Assembly: GCA_016788165.1 (NCBI GenBank)
Contig: JAEUTH010000039.1
Span: forward strand, 4,267-68,266
Length of the DNA stretch: 64,000 nucleotides
Origin: Bacteroidia bacterium
GTDB taxonomy: Bacteria > Bacteroidota > Bacteroidia > AKYH767-A > OLB10
Direction of reading: 5' to 3'
Position 1 is the stretch's first letter. Each line of letters opens with the position of its first letter. This document shows, one piece after another, positions 58,099 to 64,000 of the stretch. A model generated the notes under the pieces. It was not told where the DNA came from. It searched no databases and was given only the letters and a program-made list of their open reading frames with translations. The position numbers and the translations under genes are program-made.

Positions 58099-59425
58099 AT
58101 GGGGGCGAAACCGAGCGTGTAATTTTTACGCGTTTAATTCTGCGTTTATCCGATGATTCGATGGTAAACTTATAGTTTTTGAAATTTACTGATTCGCCCG
58201 GCAGTGGAATTTTACCGGTTAGCTCAAGCACTAATCCTGCTAATGTGGCGGTTTCGCCTGCAATACCATCAAACTCAGTTAATTCTATTTGCATAATACG
58301 GCTAACGTCATTTAGTAATGTTTTAGCTTCGAAAACAAAGTTATTATCATCTATACGGGTGTAAAAGGTTTCGTCCTCATCAAATTCATCATTAAGCTCG
58401 CCCACTATCTCTTCTAAAACATCTTCTAATGTTACCAAACCAACAACACCTCCAAATTCATCAACAACCAATGCCAAGTGCATTTTTTTCGATTGAAACT
58501 CATCCAACAAATCATTTATCATTTTGCTTTCGGGTACAAAAAATGGTTTGCGTATAAGTTGCTGCCATTCAAAATCATCGTTTTTATTAAGATGGGGCAA
58601 TAAATCTTTTATATGTAATACGCCACTTACATTGTCTAAACTTGTGTTATATACCGGCAAGCGTGAGTAGCCATAGTTTACTACCAATTTAAGCAATTCG
58701 GATAAAGGCAGGTTGTAATCAAGTGCTTCAATATCAACCCGGTGTTTCATAATTTGGGTTACATCTAAGTTGCCAAACTTTACAATGCCTTTTAATATTT
58801 TTTTTTCTTCTACCGGTGTGTTGGTGTTACTGGCTATGTCTATGGCATGTGTTAAGTCGTCAATTGTAACTTGGTAACTTATTTTTTTCATACGCTTTTC
58901 AATAAAGCTGGTAGTACTTGCCAGCAAATAGCTAAACGGGTAAAAAAGCTTATGCGTTATGTACAACGGTATGGCTATACGCTCGGCCAACTTTAAATTG
59001 TTTTTGGTTGCATATACTTTCGGTATTAAATCGCCAAACATCACAATCACAAAAGTGATTATTACCACATTAACAATGGTACCGGTTAAAGGATACGCTT
59101 CGAAATTAAACACAAGCTCCATCATGTATGATGATACCAGCACAATGGCAATATTTACAGCACTGTTCGAAATAAGCAACGTAGCTATAAACCGCACAGG
59201 TTTATTTAAAAGTGTAAGCATTAGCTGATGAATGCGATTGCCGGGCTGATTTTTTAATTGTGCTAACTGAGCCGGTGTTAACGAAAAGTATGCTACTTCG
59301 GCACTACTAAACATTGCCGAAAAAACCAACAGAACTAAAATACTTAACAGCAGTAAAATAACATCAAATGTAAAAGGCTTGAAAACCGAAAGGGGAATAT
59401 GTCGTAGTAAACTATCCGGGTCCAC
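58091..59425 (-). CDS. gldE: gliding motility-associated protein GldE (CNNM/DUF21 TM domain, CBS pair, CorC_HlyC domain)
   Basis: Four N-terminal TM helices (DUF21), a CBS pair and a C-terminal transporter-associated domain. Positioned immediately upstream of gldD. GTG start. Confidence 0.75.
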   Translation of the reverse strand: MDPDSLLRHIPLSVFKPFTFDVILLLLSILVLLVFSAMFSSAEVAYFSLTPAQLAQLKNQPGNRIHQLMLTLLNKPVRFIATLLISNSAVNIAIVLVSSYMMELVFNFEAYPLTGTIVNVVIITFVIVMFGDLIPKVYATKNNLKLAERIAIPLYITHKLFYPFSYLLASTTSFIEKRMKKISYQVTIDDLTHAIDIASNTNTPVEEKKILKGIVKFGNLDVTQIMKHRVDIEALDYNLPLSELLKLVVNYGYSRLPVYNTSLDNVSGVLHIKDLLPHLNKNDDFEWQQLIRKPFFVPESKMINDLLDEFQSKKMHLALVVDEFGGVVGLVTLEDVLEEIVGELNDEFDEDETFYTRIDDNNFVFEAKTLLNDVSRIMQIELTEFDGIAGETATLAGLVLELTGKIPLPGESVNFKNYKFTIESSDKRRIKRVKITRSVSPPYV

Positions 59426-59445
59426 GTATTAACTTATTAAGCGCA

Positions 59446-59453
59446 CAAATATA
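59446..59453 (-). promoter_or_regulatory. putative -7 box TATATTTG (minus strand)
   Basis: The plus strand reads CAAATATA, 20 nt upstream of the GTG start at 59425. Confidence 0.4.
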
Positions 59454-59584
59454 TAAACTACCTTGTTTTCTGTTTGTATTTAAAATATAACAGTAAGATG
59501 GATGCATGGCATCAAGAATAGTTTATTATTTTTCTACTACTAATTTTTAAATTTTATTTAAGGCCTCAAATTTTTTTATTGCTT

Positions 59585-60565
59585 ATGGAATTGAATGATA
59601 AAACTGCATTAATAACAGGCGCTGCCGGCTTTTTAGGTTCGCATTTATGCGATAGGTTTATTGCCGAAGGCTGTAAAGTTATTGCCATGGATAATTTAAT
59701 TACAGGCGACTTGCGCAATATTGAGCATCTGAAAAAACATCCAAAGTTTACTTTTGTTTTGCACGATGTGAGCAAGTATGTAGCTATTGACGAACATCTC
59801 GACTATATACTTCATTTTGCATCACCGGCAAGCCCCATTGATTATTTAAAAATACCAATTCAAACACTTAAGGTAGGGTCGCTGGGCACCCATAATTTAT
59901 TAGGGCTTGCATTGCATAAAAAAGCCACCATACTGGTAGCCAGTACGTCCGAAATTTATGGCGACCCTTTAGTACATCCTCAACCCGAAGATTATTGGGG
60001 TAATGTAAACCCCGTGGGGCCGCGTGGCGTGTATGACGAAGCCAAACGTTTTCAGGAAGCCATGACTATGGCTTATCACACCGCTAAGGGATTAGATACG
60101 CGCATTGTGCGTATTTTTAATACTTATGGTGCACGCATGCGTTTAAACGATGGCAGGGCATTGCCGGCTTTTTTTGGGCAGGCTTTACGTGGCGAAGACA
60201 TTACCGTATTTGGAGATGGCAGCCAAACCCGGTCGTTTTGTTATGTTGACGATTTAATTGAAGGCATTGTGAGGCTTTTACACTCGGGGTATCACCAGCC
60301 GGTTAATATTGGCAACCCTGACGAAGTAACCATTGCCCGGTTTGCACAAGAAATTATAGCTCTTACCGGCAGTAAACAAAAAGTAATTTTTAAACCCTTG
60401 CCCATTGACGACCCAAAACAACGGCAACCGGATATTAGCCGCGCCCGTAAAATTTTAAAATGGCAACCACAAGTAAGCAGGCATGAAGGATTAAAAACTA
60501 CATACAATTATTTTAAAAACCTGCCAACTGACGAGTGGTTTAAGCCCGTACACGATTTTCAATAG
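59585..60565 (+). CDS. UDP-glucuronate decarboxylase (UDP-xylose synthase) family SDR
   Basis: Rossmann [51 protein letters not shown] is the characteristic UXS block with YxxxK. First ATG at 59585. Confidence 0.85.
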   Translation: MELNDKTALITGAAGFLGSHLCDRFIAEGCKVIAMDNLITGDLRNIEHLKKHPKFTFVLHDVSKYVAIDEHLDYILHFASPASPIDYLKIPIQTLKVGSLGTHNLLGLALHKKATILVASTSEIYGDPLVHPQPEDYWGNVNPVGPRGVYDEAKRFQEAMTMAYHTAKGLDTRIVRIFNTYGARMRLNDGRALPAFFGQALRGEDITVFGDGSQTRSFCYVDDLIEGIVRLLHSGYHQPVNIGNPDEVTIARFAQEIIALTGSKQKVIFKPLPIDDPKQRQPDISRARKILKWQPQVSRHEGLKTTYNYFKNLPTDEWFKPVHDFQ

Positions 60566-60602
60566 ATATCTATAAAATAAGCTATAAGCTGTAAAGCATT
60601 TA

Positions 60603-60610
60603 TATTTTTG
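60603..60610 (+). promoter_or_regulatory. putative -7 box TATTTTTG
   Basis: Exact TAnnTTTG, 20 nt upstream of ATG 60631. Confidence 0.4.
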
Positions 60611-60630
60611 CGTTTTAAAACAAACATAAC

Positions 60631-61200
60631 ATGAGCTTCCAAGCACACCCTACAGCCGTTATCGACCCCGGCTGTACCATAGGAACAGGTACAAAAATCT
60701 GGCATTTCAGCCATATAATGCCTAATTGTATAATTGGTCAAAACTGTAATATTGGTCAAAATGTGGTGGTAAGTAGCGATGTTACCTTAGGCAATAACGT
60801 AAAAGTACAAAACAACGTAAGTATTTATACAGGCGTTGTTTGCGAAGACGATGTTTTTTTGGGTCCATCCATGGTTTTTACAAACGTTATTAATCCACGC
60901 AGCGCTATTGCCCGTAAAAATGAATACAAAACAACCTTGGTAAAAAAGGGCGCAAGCATTGGTGCCAATGCAACCATCGTTTGCGGCAATACCATAGGCA
61001 GCTATGCTTTTATAGGTGCCGGTGCTGTGGTAACGCGCTCTGTACCCGATTACGCATTAGTTGTGGGTAACCCGGCAAGGCAAACCGGTTGGATGAGCAG
61101 CTATGGACATAAACTAAAGTTTGAAAACGGAAAGGCAACCTGCCCCGAAAGTGGCGAAATGTATCAGTTAACAAACCAAATCGTAAGCCTTATTTCATAA
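60631..61200 (+). CDS. hexapeptide-repeat sugar N-acetyltransferase (WbpD/WlbB-like)
   Basis: Left-handed beta-helix repeats with [22 protein letters not shown], and C-terminal [13 protein letters not shown], as in UDP-2-acetamido-3-amino-2,3-dideoxy-glucuronate N-acetyltransferases. Confidence 0.75.
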   Translation: MSFQAHPTAVIDPGCTIGTGTKIWHFSHIMPNCIIGQNCNIGQNVVVSSDVTLGNNVKVQNNVSIYTGVVCEDDVFLGPSMVFTNVINPRSAIARKNEYKTTLVKKGASIGANATIVCGNTIGSYAFIGAGAVVTRSVPDYALVVGNPARQTGWMSSYGHKLKFENGKATCPESGEMYQLTNQIVSLIS

Positions 61201-61230
61201 ACAATAGGCACACATATTTAAAATTTAAAA

Positions 61231-62271
61231 ATGGAAAACAGAACCATAAAATTTGCAGTAATAGGATGTGGCCACATTGGCAAGCGACACATGGAAATGG
61301 TATTACGCAATACCGAGTGCAGTCTGATAGCCATAATGGATGTGTTGCCACAAGAACAATTAAACATAGGTGATGTGCCTTTTTATAACGATGCAACAGC
61401 CATGCTTACACAAAACCCCGAGGTGGAAGTAGTTTGTATTTGCACGCCTAATGGTTTGCACTCAAGCTATGCATTGTTGGCATTGGATTTTAAGAAGCAT
61501 GTAGTTATCGAAAAACCCATGGCTTTAACCAAGGCCGATTGCGAAAAAATAATTTTCAAATCGCTTCAGGTTTCGAAACAAATATTTTGTGTAATGCAAA
61601 ACCGTTACTCGCCACCCAGTGTTTGGTTAAAAGAAGTAGTAGATAAAAAAGTTATTGGCGATATATGTATGGTGCAACTTATATGCTATTGGAACCGCGA
61701 TCACCGATACTACAAAGCCGGCAACTGGAAAGGTACTGCCGACCTGGATGGAGGTACTTTATTTACACAGTTTAGTCATTGGATTGATTTGATGTATTGG
61801 CTCTTTGGCGATATCAATAACATAAAAGCAACCTTTGCCGACTTCAATCATCAACAAAGCACTTCATTTGAAGATAGCGGCATTGTGCAGTTTAGTTTTG
61901 TAAACGGTGGTATGGGCAGCATAAATTACAGCACAGCCGTTTGGGATAAAAACCTCGAAAGCAGCATGTCAATTATTGGCAGTAAAGGCAGTATAAAAGT
62001 GGGTGGTCAATACATGAATGAAGTGGACTACTGCCATATACAAAACTACACCATGCCCGAACTGGCACCCACCAATCCGGCCAACGATTATGGCGATTAT
62101 AAAGGCAGCGCTAACAATCACGGCTACGTATTTCAAAATGTAATTGACACGTTAAAAGGGCGTACACATGCCACCACCAATGCATTAGAAGGCCTAAAAG
62201 TGGTTGATATTATTGAACGAATTTACTTGCATAACAAAGTTGTAAAAGCGCCCATTTTAGGTGTAAAGTAA
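61231..62271 (+). CDS. Gfo/Idh/MocA family oxidoreductase (WbpB/WlbA-like)
   Basis: Rossmann FAVIGCGHIGKRH, the EKPMAL motif, and context between WbpD-like and WbpA-like genes. Confidence 0.75.
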   Translation: MENRTIKFAVIGCGHIGKRHMEMVLRNTECSLIAIMDVLPQEQLNIGDVPFYNDATAMLTQNPEVEVVCICTPNGLHSSYALLALDFKKHVVIEKPMALTKADCEKIIFKSLQVSKQIFCVMQNRYSPPSVWLKEVVDKKVIGDICMVQLICYWNRDHRYYKAGNWKGTADLDGGTLFTQFSHWIDLMYWLFGDINNIKATFADFNHQQSTSFEDSGIVQFSFVNGGMGSINYSTAVWDKNLESSMSIIGSKGSIKVGGQYMNEVDYCHIQNYTMPELAPTNPANDYGDYKGSANNHGYVFQNVIDTLKGRTHATTNALEGLKVVDIIERIYLHNKVVKAPILGVK

Positions 62272-62402
62272 ATCGTATTAAAACGGTGCAGTTAGTTTAT
62301 AAAGCGAATTTCTGATTAGGCAATAGAGCTTAAAAAAGCAATTTTTTAAATTGCGTAATAGATTTACTTTCGCAACCCTTAAAACTAAAAGTAACGGGTT
62401 AC

Positions 62403-63692
62403 ATGTATAACGAAATATTACAGAAAAAAGCGAAGATTGGTATTATTGGTTTAGGATATGTGGGTTTGCCAATTGCCCTGGAGTTTGCAAAAAAAGTTTC
62501 TGTTATTGGCTTTGATATTAATCAAAGTCGTGTTGAAATGATGCGCAATCAAATTGACCCCAGTGGCGAGTTAGATTCGGAAGCATTTTCAAATTGTGAT
62601 ATTGAGTTTACTACAGATGTAGCGGTGTTGCGCCAGGCTAACTTTTTTATTGTTGCCGTGCCAACACCCATTGACGACCATAAGTTACCCGACTTAAAAC
62701 CCCTGCTTAGTGCATCAAAAACGGTAGGCAAAGCCATTAAGAAAGGTGATTACGTGATTTTTGAATCAACTACCTATCCCGGTTGTACCGAAGACGATTG
62801 CATACCGGTAATAGAAGAAATATCGGGACTTAAGTTTGTAACCGATTTTAAAGCAGGTTATTCACCCGAACGTATAAACCCGGGCGATAAAGTGCATACC
62901 TTACCCAATATAACTAAAGTAGTTGCAGGCTGCGATGCCGAGTCGTTAGATACCATAGCCAAGGTTTATGAAATAGTGGTTAAAGCGGGCACACACCGTG
63001 CTTCATCAATTAAAGTGGCCGAGGCCGCAAAAATTATCGAAAACACACAACGCGATGTAAATATTGCTTTGATGAATGAGCTTAGTATCATCTTCAATAA
63101 AATAGGAATCAATACCTATGAAGTTTTAGAAGCAGCAGGTACTAAATGGAATTTTTTAAAATTTTCGCCCGGCTTGGTTGGTGGTCATTGCATAGGTGTC
63201 GATCCTTATTACCTCACCTACAAAGCGGCCGAACTAGGTTATCATGCCCAGGTAATAAACTCGGGGCGGTTTGTTAACGATAGTGTTGGTTTTTACATAG
63301 CCAAACAAACCGTTAAGCGCATGGTAGCAGCCGGAAAAAACAACAGCGAAGCGCGTGTACTGGTTATGGGCGCCACCTTTAAAGAAGATGTTGAAGATAT
63401 ACGAAACAGCAAAGTAGCCGATGTGGTTAACGAGTTTAAATCATACGGTGTTTCTGTTGATGTGGTTGACCCCAAAGCCAATACCGATGAGCTGATGCAT
63501 GAGTATGGGTTCGGATTAATACCTAAGCCCCAGCCTGCCTATGATGCCATTGTTGTAGCGGTATCACATAATGAATATATAAATTTAGATGAAGCCTACT
63601 TCAAGTCAATTGCTGCTCCACGCTGCATTTTAGTTGATATAAAGGGTCTGTATCGAAATAAAATAAAGCAGCTTACATATTGGAGTTTGTAA
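62403..63692 (+). CDS. UDP-N-acetyl-hexosamine 6-dehydrogenase (nucleotide-sugar dehydrogenase, WbpA/TviB-like)
   Basis: IGIIGLGYVGLPIA Rossmann fold. Catalytic Cys block GLVGGHCIGVDPYY. 429 aa. Confidence 0.85.
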   Translation: MYNEILQKKAKIGIIGLGYVGLPIALEFAKKVSVIGFDINQSRVEMMRNQIDPSGELDSEAFSNCDIEFTTDVAVLRQANFFIVAVPTPIDDHKLPDLKPLLSASKTVGKAIKKGDYVIFESTTYPGCTEDDCIPVIEEISGLKFVTDFKAGYSPERINPGDKVHTLPNITKVVAGCDAESLDTIAKVYEIVVKAGTHRASSIKVAEAAKIIENTQRDVNIALMNELSIIFNKIGINTYEVLEAAGTKWNFLKFSPGLVGGHCIGVDPYYLTYKAAELGYHAQVINSGRFVNDSVGFYIAKQTVKRMVAAGKNNSEARVLVMGATFKEDVEDIRNSKVADVVNEFKSYGVSVDVVDPKANTDELMHEYGFGLIPKPQPAYDAIVVAVSHNEYINLDEAYFKSIAAPRCILVDIKGLYRNKIKQLTYWSL

Positions 63693-63904
63693 CGGTATCT
63701 TTATTACATTCGAATCGTAAGCCAATTCCAATTGAAGGTGTTTTTAAATTAAGTGTCGTTTTGTTTATTGCAGACAAGTGTTTGCTTTTTGTAAATTATT
63801 GTTTCGGTTTGTTTTGTAATAAGTCAATGTAATTTCAAACATTCATTCCAAAAACAATAATTTTAAAGCATAAAGCACTTTATTTACGTGCATAAAATTG
63901 CATC

Positions 63905-64000
63905 ATGAAAAAACACTTCGTTTTATTAGTAACCATTCTTTTTTTAGGAATTAAAACGCATGCACAATTTGAAGGCACATGTACCATAACCATTGAAAGT
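63905..64000 (+). CDS. secreted protein, N-terminal fragment (continues beyond the window)
   Basis: MKKHFVLLVTILFLGIKTHAQ is a signal peptide. The frame stays open to the window end. Confidence 0.5.
   Translation, partial: MKKHFVLLVTILFLGIKTHAQFEGTCTITIES

Overview
Contiguous chromosomal segment of a Bacteroidota genome. The assignment rests on gld and T9SS genes, many 'YPNP'-type T9SS C-terminal sorting domains, and TAnnTTTG -7 promoter boxes in front of many genes in place of Shine-Dalgarno or -10 signals. Coding density is high, with about 50 CDSs, and most of it is housekeeping. (1) Translation and replication core: prs-rplY-pth, mfd, HU, mutY-ssb, gyrB, lpxD, typA, alaS, murF, guaB. (2) A type IX secretion and gliding module: porV-porU, divergent from a PorP/SprF-like gene, then gldJ-murF. 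At least five secreted cargo genes with T9SS C-terminal domains lie nearby (1993, 20706, 27262, 28677, 32383). (3) A second gliding pair, gldE-gldD, sits beside a surface-polysaccharide locus. That locus holds a Wzz-like protein, an O-antigen ligase-like protein, GNAT, a GT-B glycosyltransferase, UDP-glucuronate decarboxylase and WbpD/WbpB/WbpA-like enzymes, plus a bacterial deoxyhypusine-synthase-like gene. I recognised no rRNA, tRNA, CRISPR array, integrase, transposase or prophage genes, and by eye the composition is uniformly AT-rich. This reads as core chromosome rather than an accessory island, and I cannot point to an unambiguous new system. The best leads are all unproven. They are a translationally overlapped pair of large polytopic membrane proteins of unknown function (one with a Gly-rich C-terminal tail) abutting an AlbA_2/wHTH gene (45181-47918). 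Next is a DHS-like/glycosyltransferase operon inside the polysaccharide locus (52344-54441). The PorP-like-gldJ arrangement mirrors porP-porK (40797-43382). A GH57 enzyme carries a 140-aa histone-H1-like lysine-rich tail (4919-5338). All family calls come from motifs read by eye, with no database search, so they need HMM/BLAST confirmation.
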